Positions 1-13,850 are shown, counted from the first letter of the whole stretch. The stretch is DNA of 63,771 nucleotides, filler included, from Sphacelaria rigidula (GCA_964200075.2; 5 parts of 5 records of this genome joined end to end with filler, not necessarily neighbours in it); one strand, 5' to 3'. Notes: generated from the sequence alone by a model not told the origin. Numbers and translations: made by a program.

Positions 1-923
1 GGACAGGATCGAAACAAAACCTGTCCCAGTCTAAAGGCGGGTGACTCACCTGTAGACTGGAACATGCTTTGTTTCGATCCTGTCCATGCTGTGCGAATGC
101 TCTTCAGTTGTCTAACCAACCCGCGGACCTTGCCAAAGGTGGATAAGGTCCCAAAATGGCCAGGTTACAGACCCCAGTGGCCACCCGTGATAGGTTTTTG
201 TTTTCACTCCGCATGTCAAGAAGGTCTCAACGAGTGTTTGATCTCTCTCTCTCTCACACACACACCCCAACTGGCCTGTGCTAGGCTCATGTGGTCGGGC
301 GCCTGGATATTCAGATATGTCACGTCGGGTATAATCAATTATGAGTTACACCCCCCACGGTCAAATTGGATCGTCTGTGATTTTTTCCGCGCAGCGCACC
401 GTCCTTGCTGGCATGTGTGTGACAGAGAACAGTGGTAGCGGTGACGGGAACATTGCCCAGTTTTTCAGCGCACAGAAGCGCGTCCTGTCCAAAACGAGAG
501 ACAGAGATAAATCGATCTTCGCATTGGTGACCTCCACAGACGAGAAGAAGAGACAATATCTCTCCGCAGCTCGATGTGCTTTGAGGATATCTAGAGGCAC
601 ATGGGAAATTCGGCATGTGCTGGTAACATGCATGATGCCAGTCTCTCGAGCGATTGGTAATCGCCCAGCGAGGGCACACAAAGGGCATGGGCGAGAAGCT
701 TCCTCTCTGTCGTTGCTTCTCTCTCTGGTGATATCGTCATCGACACGCGTGTACACCGCAGTCGTTCGGTGCACCTAGCCACAACTGATGATTCACAGTT
801 GCGGAGTTTGGGGCGGAAAGATGGTTTCGCTCTGTGTTACTGTTTCGCGTCGCCCCTGCAAAAAAGATATGCCACTTGAACCTCATTTTTGAGATCGACC
901 TCATTTACCAGGATCCGCTGTTA

Positions 924-1411
924 TGTTACAGGATAAATAGTGACCTTGTAGAGGAGACTATAAAGTGATTCAACTGCGGGTCCTGACACCTTAACCCGCT
1001 CAAAGATGAGACACTAAAAACATGGGATAGGCGACAGCCTGTGATCCTCTTCCGCCCAGAAGGAGAGCAAGCCCCAAACGATGTCTGAGAGCAATGTTCG
1101 CCACTTGATAATGAAGTGCACTGCGCCATTGCTGACCACTGAATACGACATCACCCACCCTTCACCAAGGAATAACCCCCGTGCTATACGCAGTACTCAT
1201 TGAGTGCCGCTCCCCTTTTGCAGAGCTAGCTGATCAGACTCGACATAGAAGAGGTATGCATGGTCTTGGCGTGATTTGTGGAGAGTCTGCATTATAACTG
1301 TAGCCGTTGCGAACTACTGTACGGGATCCTAGGATGCCTTGCGTACACGATGCAACCCATGTAGAGGCTACCTTCCACACCTAGCCAATGCATTACTTTT
1401 CTTCTGCCCCA
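924..1411 (+). repeat. 5' LTR
   Basis: Aligns along its full length with 6894-7379; TG start, ends TGCCCCA (vs TGCAACA). Confidence 0.85.
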
Positions 1412-1499
1412 TGATGTCCAATTCGAGAGAGAGGGAGAGGCAAACGCAATCACTCAGCATCAAATTTACCTCCACATATGAGCTGTTTTGTTTTTGACA

Positions 1500-2000
1500 C
1501 TGCGTTCGTCGCTGTGAGAAATGTTACAAGGCATGCAGTGTTGTTTACTATCTGTTCAAAGGTTCAAACCGTCAGAGGGTGTTGGCTGTTGCGTATTGAG
1601 TGATCAAGCAAGGCACTTTCCGACCCAGTCACCGCAGTGCGGTAGTTGTTGCTGTGCCGTAGTGCATCTAAACTCTTTACGGCGACCTCGGTGCGATGTG
1701 CACTGAAGAGCGCGTGAGCAGTGTTGATGTTGCATGCTCTGTTTCCATCCGCACAGAATCGAGGTGGGATCAAAATGCTGCAGAATTAAGTTTTCAAATA
1801 ATCAGGCGACGACTCTGCAGCTATCTGTTCGGAGTACCGCAGAAGACACGCAAGGCAGGTGCATGCCGGTTGAGGCAAAAAGATTGACCCAGCACGGAGC
1901 TGCTGTATCCTCGGTGATTGGTGGTAGCAGCTGTCTACCTCACTGCAGCACAGTGTGATGTGTGGGCCCAGTGCCAGATTTCTGCTTATCAACGTCTCAG
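1500..2000 (+). repeat. Dispersed repeat family D copy
   Basis: Homologous to the reverse complement of ~48780-49400 and ~56900-57520, and to 56400-56700 (e.g. GGTGGGATCAAAATGCTG, CAGCACGGAGCTGCTGTATCCTCGG). Confidence 0.7.
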
Positions 2001-5000
2001 CAAACTGCCCTACAGGGTCCGCAGATTGTCTCTCTGATGTTGTTGGCTTACTTGCATGGTAGACATACCCCAGTTATCCCACATGATTTGGACGTAGTCG
2101 CATAGGACATCACCCTAGCAAACAAAGGCAAGCAATTACCCTCGACCAGCGGCGGTGGGATCAACACCCCATCCTGTCCCACCGGCACCGGCACCGCGGT
2201 ACCCGTATCTATTACCCGTACACCTCTTTACTACTGAATACAGATGGTCCGTGCAGTACGGATGGTAACACAAGACATGTACCCGCAGCGATGACACCCG
2301 TCCTGAGGAACACCAAATTATCATCTGCACAGTAGGCTGGTAAGTAATAACCACAAATCTGAGCACTCACGACTGGCAAGTCGAACATGAGTGGTGCAGC
2401 TACAGACTACACGCATTAAACAGGTTGGCACGACGAGAACTGATCGTTCACAGTAAATTTTGGGGCATTATGCCGAGGGCTTGAAAACTAGAACACTACA
2501 TAGGTATACGCAAATCAACTGGTCACTCGCGCGGACTGAACATAGCGGATGTTCGTTTTTTCTGTGCGAGTTCATGAACACTTTTCCAGGCAGCGGCGGC
2601 GATCAACATTCACATGAACCGAGGCTCATTACAAACCTCATGTATAATCCATGTATGCTATCCACGTGGTGACACTTAACGAATCCATCAACATGAAACG
2701 TTAACCAAATGTCAAAATACGCCTTACATGCAATACACAAAATAACAGTAATCGCCGCCATCGGAAAAATTAGTCGTAACTCCCATAAAGAGAACGGTAT
2801 ATCCCGTTGTACTCTCCCACAAGCGACCCACACGCAGTATTTCCTCCCCAACCCTCCACGTGCTGAAGGTTCCTTCTTTTCAGGCTATAAGCGCGCAAGT
2901 ATCTATTACAAATATGAGTCCCCATATAGCTCATACGACATGGCGTAATGGACACAACGATCGACTTGACTCACATCCAGGGCAACTGGTAACGTCCCAC
3001 GCATGATTAAGGGTGAACGCTGGCATCAAAATCAACATTACCCGAGCCGTTGATACATGGATTGCTGGCTGGACTAAAGGGAACCAAAGTGCGTTTATTT
3101 TTTCATACGAGACATAAGCTCAGTCCCTTTTTTTTTTTTTTTTGCTCTTCTCATCTCCTTCTTTTTCTCGGACATCACGGGAATGAAGCGGCACGCACTG
3201 AGGTAATTGTTGTCCTCTGAACGGGCATGTACCTTTCTCGCCATGAAACAAACACGATGCTCACTCACCCCATCGACAACAAACATGAAATGCCAATCAA
3301 TGTGAAAAGCTATCACATGTTACCACACTCTGTGATGGCAACGCGTTCATCATACTACAGGTACCAACCGTCATCAGATTACAGATACCGACGACAAAAA
3401 AACAAAGAAAAAGAGAAGAGAGGAATGGCTCATGTCTCGCACAAAAAAAAACGAGTTTCAGGATCGTTTTCTCGCAAGCAACCCTCCTCCAGTGTTTTAT
3501 TTCATTTTCATTTTTTTGTTATTCTCATTCATTATTTTCCCCTAATATTGCTTCGTGTATCGATGCACATCCGATCCAGATTCAGGGCATATCATCGGCT
3601 GAGTAAGCACCGACATGAGTTGAATGGCTAGTCATTTTTTTTAAAATAATTTTTACTTTTTCAAGTAGAAGATCCCAACCGTATATCAAAATAGGTTGCC
3701 TGTCAGCACTGAAAATAGCTGATATACGGTTCTTTAATACGGGATATGAGCTCATTCTTTTCTTTTCTTTTCTGCCAAGGAAGCGGCGATAAAACATTTT
3801 ATCATATACAGAACCGACTGGTACTTTACTCACAATATACACTGCACTATGCATGATTATCCCACCATCACCCATGAAATGTCTAATAACATACAACGTC
3901 TACTCAAATGTGAAAATATGCCGTGGAAGCAACGCGATCAATATACTACACCGACGCCGCAACAACAACAACAAAAAAGAAGGATTGGCTCATTTTCCGC
4001 TTAAAAAAATCGATATATCCAGGTCTGCTCGCCTGCGGGTAAATTTCATACATGATATTCATTGTTTTTTGCGCCATGCAGCTGAGGAAATCTAGGCACA
4101 AGCGAACCCCCCACAGGTCTATCCTCTACCGGGTAAACCCTGGCTCGAGTTGGGGCGTCAACTGACAGGCACAATGGGGGTGACTCGATCAGCTCCCACC
4201 CATCCATCTATCGGAAGAATATTTTTTCTCCATTCTTTTTCCTTTTGTGGTAACGTCTCAGAGCCCTTCTGTGAGTACCGCGAACTATACTGTTGTCAGT
4301 ACCGCACCACAAAACGATATACATGCAACCTTGAGCACAACACGATACATGCAGCGAGACACCCGGGACTCCGTCCAGCAACACAGGTAATATCATCCAG
4401 TTTAGGTACGAGCCGAAACTGGGAACAGAACCGAGAGGGTATCGTAGCAACATGTACTGGCAGTTCTATCCTCAAGCACTAGTGCCAAGATTGTTCACTC
4501 ATTTGAAAAATAAAAAAGGGATCGATGAAAAACAGTTTCCCACTGTTGCATCTCATGCAACAACCGCTTTACGATCACGAGCACTAAAACTCTGGAGAAG
4601 AGTACATGTGATGACCACAATACACGCTGAATTTCCACTCATCCGCAATGCTCTTGGGCTTTTTCCCGCGACGACCCCTGCGTCCGACTTCACACCTCAT
4701 AGACGCTCTCTCTACCCGTACACCACAGGGTTTCATCCCTGCGGTGACAGTTTAGCTTTTGGGAACTGTGATATTGTATTTTGTGCTCAACCTTGCTAAC
4801 TGTATTTTTGATCGTGTTTGTGCCACTCTTGTGCTTTCGCTTGTGTTGCATCACCGGACATCATTTTTGGATATCATTTTTGCGGTGACCGTTTCTGTTC
4901 TGAGAAATACACGATTTAAGTGGGTGTCGCATATCTTGTATTTTGGGAATCTACTCGCAGTACATATTCTACACACGTACACTTCCTCGCTTACTGATTC

Positions 5001-6585
5001 GTCTATACTTATTGCATTGGATGATGGAGCCCTTTTCGTACCCTTGTTTATATCACAACAAGTTATATGTCGAATTCAGTGCTCGACACGGAACGAATCG
5101 ATACGCGACAGGAGTGACAAGACCAGGGCATGCTCTTATCTTCATGTACTCAGTGCTCCCAACTTGTGCTGACCTTACACTTTACTACCTTCATCCCATA
5201 CCCTTGTCCTGGGTATATGTGTCATCACAAGAGAAACGGCGCTAAATGCGATGGCGACCGTTCATCCCCCACTAGGCCACGCCGGGACGCGGAAGCACGG
5301 TACATCGAGGACGGTATGTGTCCGTGCTGAATACAATTTAGTAGTTTTCTCGGGTTGGTGATTTCTGTACGTCTTCTGTTTACATAACAGGACTAACTGT
5401 TAGGTGTGACTGAACATCGCGTATATTATCTCATGTTGCCAAGGGCTATGATAATCGCTTTCGTAACAGTCGCTCCCGCCTAAAATCCATGTGCGTGCCA
5501 CGCTTCACTTTGGTGTTGCAGTGTTTATCTCGAGCGTGGATGCTTCTATTATTCATTTATTTCATTATGTTGTTTTCGCTTTGCCTTCACACTCACGAAT
5601 GCCAACCGTCCTTTCTTGAACTGTGTGCTATATCAAGACCGTATCGCGACTCTAATGTGAGGACTCATCGTGTAAATACTGGTATCCGGTACAATATCTT
5701 GTTACATTACGGTCAACTCATGTGTTCTTTTACTGTAAATTTATCCCAGATCTATCCATCGAGTTATTCTTCTATTTGCCATCCTACAACTCATGCGTTT
5801 GGGTTTTGGGGAGGCATGTTACCCTTTGACTGTACAATTCACAAGATTTGAGAACGATCCACCCCATAGCGTTTCATGTCTGCAAGTGTTTTGAACCAGA
5901 TATTGTCGCTTATTGCAGTAATGTATCAGGAGTCTTGAACACCTGAGGGTTGTACTCCGAATTCTTTGAGCTTCATATCCCAAACCCCCAACGCTATCAG
6001 CACTTTCCCCCTATTTATCCAGCAGTGCAGATGTTAGAATTTAGTGGCAATAAGAAGAAAACAAAAAGGGGGGAGAGAAAAGAAACAACAGTCACCAACT
6101 TAACCGAACACGTGCTCTATTCAACGATACGAAGAGGGAAGACCCGAAGAACGCTTTTCAGAGTGCTACGCCAGGGACGATCATTGTGTGTGGGTACCGG
6201 TGATGAACATATGTCAACTTTAGTCATCCCGCGACAAGTGATGTGTGATCTGACAGCACTGGTACACACTAGGAACGTCGGCGATAGAGTAGAGACAGGT
6301 AAGCTATATGATAACTTTGATTCACACGAGCGCGTGAGATACCCGTACGACCACTGGCTAGAATTTAGCAGGGGGGAACTGCGTAAAATTAGCAGTTTAG
6401 AGTGAGAGGTATCCAGTACACACCGACAACGGGTTGCAAACTATAGGTAGCAGAAGCCATGCCACCAGACACGCATCCCCCCCGAGTGAGTGATCTACAG
6501 GTGGAGAACCCGATACAGGATAAACAAGGGTGAAACATTCACTCAAGCTCAGAGATGCAGAGGATGAGAAAGTTACTTGGTCTCA

Positions 6586-6795
6586 TGGGTACAGCCGAAA
6601 CGGGCCTCTATCCCGTACTTTCCCGGTGGAAAGCCATGGAGAAATGTGCATAAAACTGGGTGTGGCCGAAACGGGTCTCTATCCCGTACCTTCCTTGTAG
6701 GGAACTGCAGGAAAGTATGTACGAAACTGGGTGCAGCCAAAACGGGCCTCTATCCTGTATTTTCCTCGTGGAAAACTACGGGGACGTGTGTATGA
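6586..6795 (+). repeat. Tandem repeat, 3 x ~71 bp, upstream of the PPT
   Basis: TGGGTNYRGCCRAAACGGGYCTCTATCC recurs at ~6586, ~6657 and ~6728. Confidence 0.85.
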
Positions 6796-6893
6796 AGCGC
6801 CGCCTTAATGTCACACGGTCCCTGGTTGATTGCGCTAGTCCCAACCCGATTAGGTATGCCTGGTTCAACACTTGGCAAATCTAAAAGGGGGGA

Positions 6894-7379
6894 TGTTACA
6901 GGATGAAGAGTGATCTTGTAGAGGAGACTATAAAGTGGTTCAACTGCGGGTCCTGACACCTTAACCCGCTCGAGGATGAGGCACTAAAAACATGGGATAG
7001 GCGAGAGTCTGTGATCCCCTTCCGTCCAGAAGGAAGGCAAGCCCCAAACGATATCTGAGAGCAATGTTCGCCACTTGATAATGAAGTGCACTCCACCATT
7101 GCTGACCACTGAATACGACACCATCTACCTTTCACCAAGGAATAACCCCTATGCTATACGCAGCGCTCATTGCGTGCCGCTCCCCTTTTGCAGAGCTAGC
7201 TGATCGGACTCAACAAGGAAGGTATGCATGGTCTTGGCGTGATGTGTGGAGAGTCTGCATTATAACTGTAGCCGTTGCGAACTATTGTACGGGGTCCTAG
7301 GATGCCTTGCGTACACGATGCAACCCATGCAGAGGCTACCTTCCACACCTAGCAAATGCATTACTTTTCTTCTGCAACA
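6894..7379 (+). repeat. 3' LTR
   Basis: TGTTACA...TGCAACA termini, preceded by PPT. Confidence 0.88.
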
Positions 7380-8089
7380 GTTATGCGTTGTTACTGTGTT
7401 ATGTTCATGTATTGTGAAGGATTTTCTATGGTGCAAGACCACAAGTTGCCCATGATATAACGTGCTCTTGTGCTTTTACCTATAGCGATAGGGGTGGTAG
7501 AGTGTTGCTGGAATGGTGCAGGGCTAGTTGCTGCTCCCTCGATAGCCCCGAAAGTGTGCATACTGTGTGTTCCTTTAGGGATGATACCGTTAAAGTGCGA
7601 GTCATCCCACACGGTGTGATATCGGTGTTTCTTTTTCTCACCCCTGTGGGATAACTCCGACCTGTGCAATGACTCCGCCCCTGTTGATAAATCGAATGGG
7701 GTGATCTGGCGGTTCATTACTTAACGCAAACGCCTCCATGACTGCCCCGACCTGTGCGATACTGAACAACAGTGTTATTCCTTTTCAATATTATGGAGGC
7801 ATTGTACTGAAAATAAAAATTCATCATCCGCGGCGTCAATTGGAGATGGTCATACTCTAAGGCCTAAAATATGGTGAGATTAGAGGGGCAGACGACCTTG
7901 GAAGACAGATCTCCACATCAGCACGGATACCTGGCGCTACAGACCAGCTTTCGCGCGTTTGACAGCCGGATGGGAAAAGATGCATATCACTAGGAATGTA
8001 AAAAGCGTTTATTGCACGATATGTATCCGCGCAATGTAATACTCGACGAAGTTGACACTGTGTGTTCCTAGTGCCAGTACAACGAGTAC

Positions 8090-8830
8090 TGTAGAACTGA
8101 CGGTACGATGCGAGCCACGCCTCGCCAGGGCTAGAATACCCGCGATCCTTTCGTGAAAAAAAACAAATTGCAACTCGCACTCTGTCCTATTCTGGACCAC
8201 GTGAAAACTCTGCACAAGGGTGATCATGCGTCTGCCAGAGAAAGGTCAATATCTTCACGTGGGAGCACACCACGGGAGAACATGTGATTGATTCTGATAG
8301 AAGAAAGCTACAGCAAATGCCTATTTCATTTTCAGATCGTCGTCGTGGTAACACCCACGCTAAGTCTGGCACTGTAAGGAAGGAGACGTTGTCTCCTGCC
8401 CGAGCAGGTCCGCACTGGTCCTTGACAGAAGACACTCATCTCCTCGGCTGCGTTGTGCGGCCGCTTCTTACTCGGCACGGCGTAAAAAACTCAGAGGCAT
8501 CTTGAATAGTGGTTATTTCCGACCTTGGTGCCAGCCTCGACCAATAGGGAGCCGATGTGAACAACAAGGATGGCAGGATCTACTCCTGCCTCCGCGCCGA
8601 TTTCATGTCGTTACGCTCTAGAATTGTCATCAGAAAGTGTTCTTGTTTTCGGAATCACTGCAGTATCGTGCATAATCATCCTTTCAAGCCACGCAGTGCA
8701 CAAAACGCCTTGGGTCGCCGTAACGGCTGCGTCAATACCTACCTGCGGCTTCAGTCCACACATACGTCAAGTGTCAGTATCATCAGAGGCTTCGTGTACT
8801 GTGTTGGGGCGCCTAGTCTCCAAAAATACC
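8090..8830. repeat. Dispersed repeat family C copy (degenerate TE)
   Basis: CCACGCCT..CAGGGCTRGAATACCCGCG and downstream sequence shared with 46540-46600 plus 50100-50790 and with 59200-59945. Confidence 0.7.
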
Positions 8831-9454
8831 AATAAAAAGAAAGAAAAAACATGATTGAAAAGGAATAGCACTGAGAAAGCACACACCGCCGGCGATACTG
8901 GTATTTTCACCTCACTTCGGTGCGATAACTCCGACACGAGCGATACTAAATAAATCACAACACTGACAATACTGGCTGGTTCTTAGCCTCCTCCCTGTAC
9001 GATAGCTCCGATATATGCGATACTGAAAAGGTATGTACCCCGGGGCCAAACGCGACAGCACGCCTTACGCCTGAAAGTGGGATCTTGGTCGGAGCCATCA
9101 CACTCCTAACTTGGATTTTTATCGCACAGTGGTGTGATAACTCCGACTTGTGTCATGACGCGACCTTTTGCGGTACTCTTGAAGTGCTAAAGGGGTGCAG
9201 GGCTAGCGACTGTGTATTCCGGCATGTTTTGATGCCAGTGAATTGTATTAGCTCCGGTTGGGGTCATGTGAAGAGATAAAGACAAGGGATATAAAGTTAC
9301 TCTGTCATTCTCAACATAAAGGGATCACACTACAGTCAGTAATGTAGTGGATTAGATCAATTTCCTGGGGCGCGGCAACATGGCAGTGGAAAACTCAACC
9401 CGGATCTATATTATACTTGCATCTTGCTACTTACTGTAGGCTTCGGAGAGAGCG

Positions 9455-9720
9455 CTCCGGGGGTCAAATTGGTACAACAGAAACCATTCAGGTTGGCAGA
9501 ACGCGGGTTCGACTCCCGACAGATGCAAACGAGTATATTCTGGGGAGCATCTGACGTCGGTCTTTGAAGATATGAGAACCGAAGTAGAAAACGAACATTA
9601 TTCGACGAGAGTCGACGCGGTGCGGGAGTGCTAATCCGACCCGCGATACCAAGTATGCAAGGTATGTATCTGGGGAGAGAGATATGAGTTCATCCCTCGA
9701 GTCCACGGATTCGTCCTTGT
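9455..9720 (+). mobile_element. Probable tRNA-derived SINE
   Basis: T-arm/B box CGGG-TTCGACT-CCCG at ~9504-9519 and a degenerate A box (GGTCAAATTGG) upstream; no complete cloverleaf; 3' boundary uncertain. Confidence 0.45.
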
Positions 9721-9963
9721 CCCAAGCAGGGAGGATGTACTCGTGATCTTGTCTGTCGTTGTCACATGACCATTGACCTTGCATCCCTACAAAGCTGGGA
9801 CGGAGCACGCCGGTCCAGGCTCGCAATCACCCAGCGAGAAGCGCCGTGATGTCCTTGGCGGCAAAAAAAACGCAAGCGCGCAAAAAACAATGGTAACCCT
9901 GTTCCCTATAGCTTACGAAGTGGGTGGCGTGTTTCACAGCGTCGTTGCCAACGGACGCTAACC

Positions 9964-10413
9964 AACACGGGATCTTACAAATTGGGGATGGATCTTTTAT
10001 TGGGGATGAGAAACCCGGAGAATTGAAACCTTCGTATCCACACTAAATCTTCGGAATATGGTTCCATTTCTTCACCTACTGATAGTTATTGGCAACTGCT
10101 ACACGACATAGAATAGAAATGTGGATTTCGATCACCGAAATATTGGGGTCCTAGACGAAAAACCAATTCCGGAACCATTTTGGCGTCCGTTCGGACACCC
10201 GAAATTCCCCGAAATTGGTTTTTCACCTAAAACCCCAACATTTCGGTGATCAACATCCAATTTTCTATGGCGTGTAGCAGTTGTCAATAGCCATCAGTAG
10301 GTGAAGAAATGGAACCATATTTCGAAGATTCGGTGTGGATACGAAGATTTTTATTCTCCAGGTTTCTCATCCCCAATAAAAATCTCCATCCCCAATTTGT
10401 AAGATCCCGTGTT
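9964..10413. mobile_element. Foldback MITE (~450 bp, long TIRs)
   Basis: AACACGGGATCTTACAAATTGGGGATGG... is mirrored by ...CCATCCCCAATTTGTAAGATCCCGTGTT over ~200 bp; AACC on both flanks. Confidence 0.85.
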
Positions 10414-10673
10414 AACCCCATGGGGGGGAAGGAGGGCTGAAAGTTTTATAAGAAGATAGACATACCATGCTTGAGCAAACAGGGCGGTGCCCGGTATAGG
10501 GTCTTGAAATAAATATTGTAGTGTTCTCCAGAAGACTAGTTCCTGGATAGAGTTTAGCCTTATTCATGTCAGAATGATGTCCAACATAGACCATGTAAAA
10601 TACAAATAGGTCTCACACTTTCGATCAATACCTCAAGCACAGATGCAAGTGCACATGGCGCTCTCACATGGAC

Positions 10674-11287
10674 TGTTGAAATCGTTGGTGTGGAGTTACC
10701 CGTAGCTTTCGGGATTTTGACCGCGTCATGGTGGAAGTTGAGGCGCACTGACGCGGAAGCGCTTCGTAGGGAGACCCGCTGCCTGTAGATAGAGTCAACT
10801 GACAGCTGAGGCCTGGGGCACTCATGAAACCTGCTGTCATCAGTATGATACCCTACCGTGAGTTTAGTTTCGCTTCATACTTAGTGAGAAATATTGTCTC
10901 ACAAATATTTTCTGAGGTTCAAATAATTGTTGGGATTTAATCGATAAAGGGACTGTCCCGTAGAGGACGCGATCTGGACAGGGGAATGTGTATACCTTCT
11001 TCTTGTATCAAACTCTTATACCCTGCACTCACCAAACATCAACCGTGCATGCTCCACCCGGGCTGCTCTTTCCAACCCAAAAGCAATGACCGAAATGCAC
11101 CAAAAATATAACTGAGCAAGGAAGGTAGGACCGCATGCTGGGTTCCCTCATAATATGTCAAACATCCAGTCATGACACAATCCGTTGCCGTAAACGAAAT
11201 CCGGTACCCATGATATGTCATCAATCTGCACCCCATATACCCGAATGAATCCACGTTCACATGTACTAATGTTCAGCTCGGCGACAT
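10674..11287 (-). repeat. Probable 3' LTR of the copia element
   Basis: On the minus strand, GAGGGGGG PPT (~11296-11304) follows RNase H, then TGTCG...TCAACA; boundaries approximate, partner LTR not in the contig. Confidence 0.45.
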
Positions 11288-11457
11288 TCTTTTAGCCCCC
11301 CTCGTCGAGGCTCAACCTTACTCATATCACAACACAAAATCTTAATTCCATCCTATGATATCAGACAAACTCAAAAGCACAGATGCCGGGATACATGGGA
11401 GACTCAGCAAGAAAAAACGAAATCATCAAGAAAATATCTCTCTTCTTGCCACGGAAA

Positions 11458-12600
11458 TCAAAAGATGCTTATGACATAGTCACGGTGGAATTCAAAGCAC
11501 TCTGCCGGTAAAATCTTCGTAAAAAAATCGGCATGCTGGTACTTAGATCCGACATGAATAATTGAAATATCCCCTCTTCCCACTAATTCCCTGATAAAAA
11601 GGTATCTCACATCGATGTGCTTAGAGTTAGAGTTTGATATGTGATCTTGTGCCATTTGAAAAGCACCCTGATTGTCCTCGAACATCGGGATACATGTTTC
11701 TCCAACTTCAGGCAGCATTAATTCCCACACCTGTCTCAAAAATAGCACTTCCTTCACCAAGTCGGTCATTGCAACGTATTCTGCTTCAGAAGTTGACAAC
11801 GTCACACACTTTAGCGTCCTCGAGAACCATGACACACATCCACCCCCGCACATGACGAGTCCACCCCACACTGATCACCTATCGGCAGCCTTACTCGCGT
11901 AGTCTGCATCAGCATATACTTGAAAGCTGAGACCTTGCAAACTGTCTCTACGAAAAGTAATGCCCAATGTACTCGTTCGCCTAACATACCCAAGTATAAC
12001 AAGAGCAGAACGCCAGTGAATCAACCTTGGGGATGCGCGCAATATGTCGCTACCGCTCTTACTGCGTTACAAATATCCGGTCTAGTCTGGTTTGCTAGCC
12101 ACATGAGTGACCCTACCAATTCTCTGCATGGGAACGTCGTGACCTGCTCATCCTCATTGAAATCCTCGAGTTTCACACCTGCCCTCATAGGCGTCTTATT
12201 CCCCCATGATAATATATTGTACTCCTCCGCCAACTCCTCTGCAAAAGTCTGTTGCGATACAGTAAGGGTCTCCTTTTTCAAGTCACTCTCGTAATATAGT
12301 CCCGAATACCATCGCAGTTCTCCTAGACACTTGACTGGAGCCATCGTGTTCAGCTGTTCACCACATCCATCACACCTTTCCTCATCCTCTACGGCAAAGA
12401 TATCATCTACATGTACCACCAACGTTATCACTACGTGGTTGTCCTCCATCAATCGGAACACACACGAATCCGTCAGGCACTAATCAAAACCTAGATTCTT
12501 AAGGCATCCCACTCCATGAAGATGCCACTGTCTCGAAGCCTATCTGAGGCCATAGAGCGATTTGTTGAGTCTCACTACCTTACCAGATAAATTACCACAT
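11458..12600 (-). pseudogene. Ty1/copia pol remnant (reverse transcriptase + RNase H)
   Basis: Motifs LVVHVDDIF, RELVGSLMWLANQTRPDI, STSEAEYVA, FEDNQGA, SKHIDVRY, QHADFFTK; split by stops/frameshifts; truncated next to the assembly gap. Confidence 0.95.
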
Positions 12601-13595
12601 GGTCATCCTACGATAGGGGGGGGGGGGGGGGGTGGGGGATTTTTTTGCTGAAAATTTGGGGTGGATCATTGTTTAAANNNNNNNNNNNNNNNNNNNNNNN
12701 NNNNNNNNNNNNNNNNNNNNNTTAATTAATTAANNNNNNNNNNNNNNNNNNNNNNNNNNNNNNNNNNNNNNNNNNNNTGGATCGTCGTCATTGCCGTGCT
12801 ATTTGGGTTTCGTTGGTCTCCCGTCTAATCGCACGCAGTCGGCTATCTTAGCACATTAGTTTTCCACCGCACTTTTTCGATCGAAAAATGATGTGCTTAG
12901 ACACGGCCTTAGGCCGTGTCGTCTAAAAAAGACTGGACTCGAAAACATGCGGTCGAATCGACTTGATCGTTACGAGGCCATATCTGGTACGTCCGCCGCA
13001 TTCGTGCTCTCAGATGGCTTCAGGTCCATTTTATATTAAATTACACGCAACGAGCAGGGTCAAAAATGGGAAAGCTTAGTTTTTTCGAGCGAAACGAGCG
13101 GCGAGAAATAAACGAAGGGGCACATGACTCTCATGTTGCCGACAACCATGCCAGGTACCACCCTTTCACAGAACTAAGCAAAATCGAGATGGTTCGTTCG
13201 CACCCACCAACCCAACCCTGCAGCAGAGATCACGAACTGAGCATAGGTATACATGCGCTGCAGTGATAAGAAAGCGATATCGCCACCCCCTTGGCTTGAC
13301 GTGTTTATTTTTTGTTCCGAGAAAACCTGGGCATTTTTATTTTTTTGTTGGGGTCCACGGACGGAGTTGCGTGTTGGAGTGGGCGACCGAATTGCGAACA
13401 CGATCATGGAAAGTAGAGGCAATGCAAAACTGCGAGTTATTCAAATCTTGTTCACATTCTCCCGTATGCAGAGTACAGACAGCTCTGCTGTCTGCATGTC
13501 GTGCTGCCCGCTTCTTGTCCACATCGCGCCTGCATGCTGTACGCAACACACACACTATGCGGACAGTGAAGGCAGCACTACTACCGTACTGATGG

Positions 13596-13850
13596 ATGGA
13601 TTGATTGTCGCACTTTAACTGACCCCCCAGAGGTCCAGCCGTGGTCTCATAATGGACGTACCCAAGGAAAACAAAAATGAAACACGCTCTGAGAAAAAAA
13701 GAAGGAAAGAAAAAAAAGAGGGGTCGAACAGAACGACATAGCAGACTAAGTCGTGACAAAAAAAATAATAATAAAAAAGTCAACACAAGCAAAGCACAGG
13801 AAGAAACGGCCGACCTGAAACAAGAAAAAAGGACTGCCTGTAATAAATAC
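13596..13850 (-). mobile_element. 3' end of non-LTR retroposon with (CAAT)n tail
   Basis: Minus strand ends ...GGGGGGTCAGTTAAAGTGCGACAATCAATC; same sequence at 33130-33477 (+) and 57322-57405 (-). Confidence 0.7.

Larger units (their letters stand above)
924..7379 (+). mobile_element. Non-autonomous LTR retrotransposon (LARD-like), full length
   Basis: Two diverged ~487-bp direct repeats (924-1411, 6894-7379) starting TGTTACA; the 3' copy ends TGCAACA. Polypurine tract AAAAGGGGGGGA immediately precedes the 3' LTR. GTTA on both flanks (920-923, 7380-7383) is a 4-bp TSD. No gag/pol ORF recognised inside. Confidence 0.85.

Noticed and set aside
361..774. Minus-strand ORF with acceptor-like start and CPLC motif
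   Set aside because: No recognisable domain or partner exon; overlapping ORFs on both strands.
12678..12777. TTAATTAATTAA inside N-runs (also ~25454-25553, ~38228-38327, ~51002-51101)
   Set aside because: Identical linker centred in 100-nt gaps; artificial scaffold spacer with stops in all frames.
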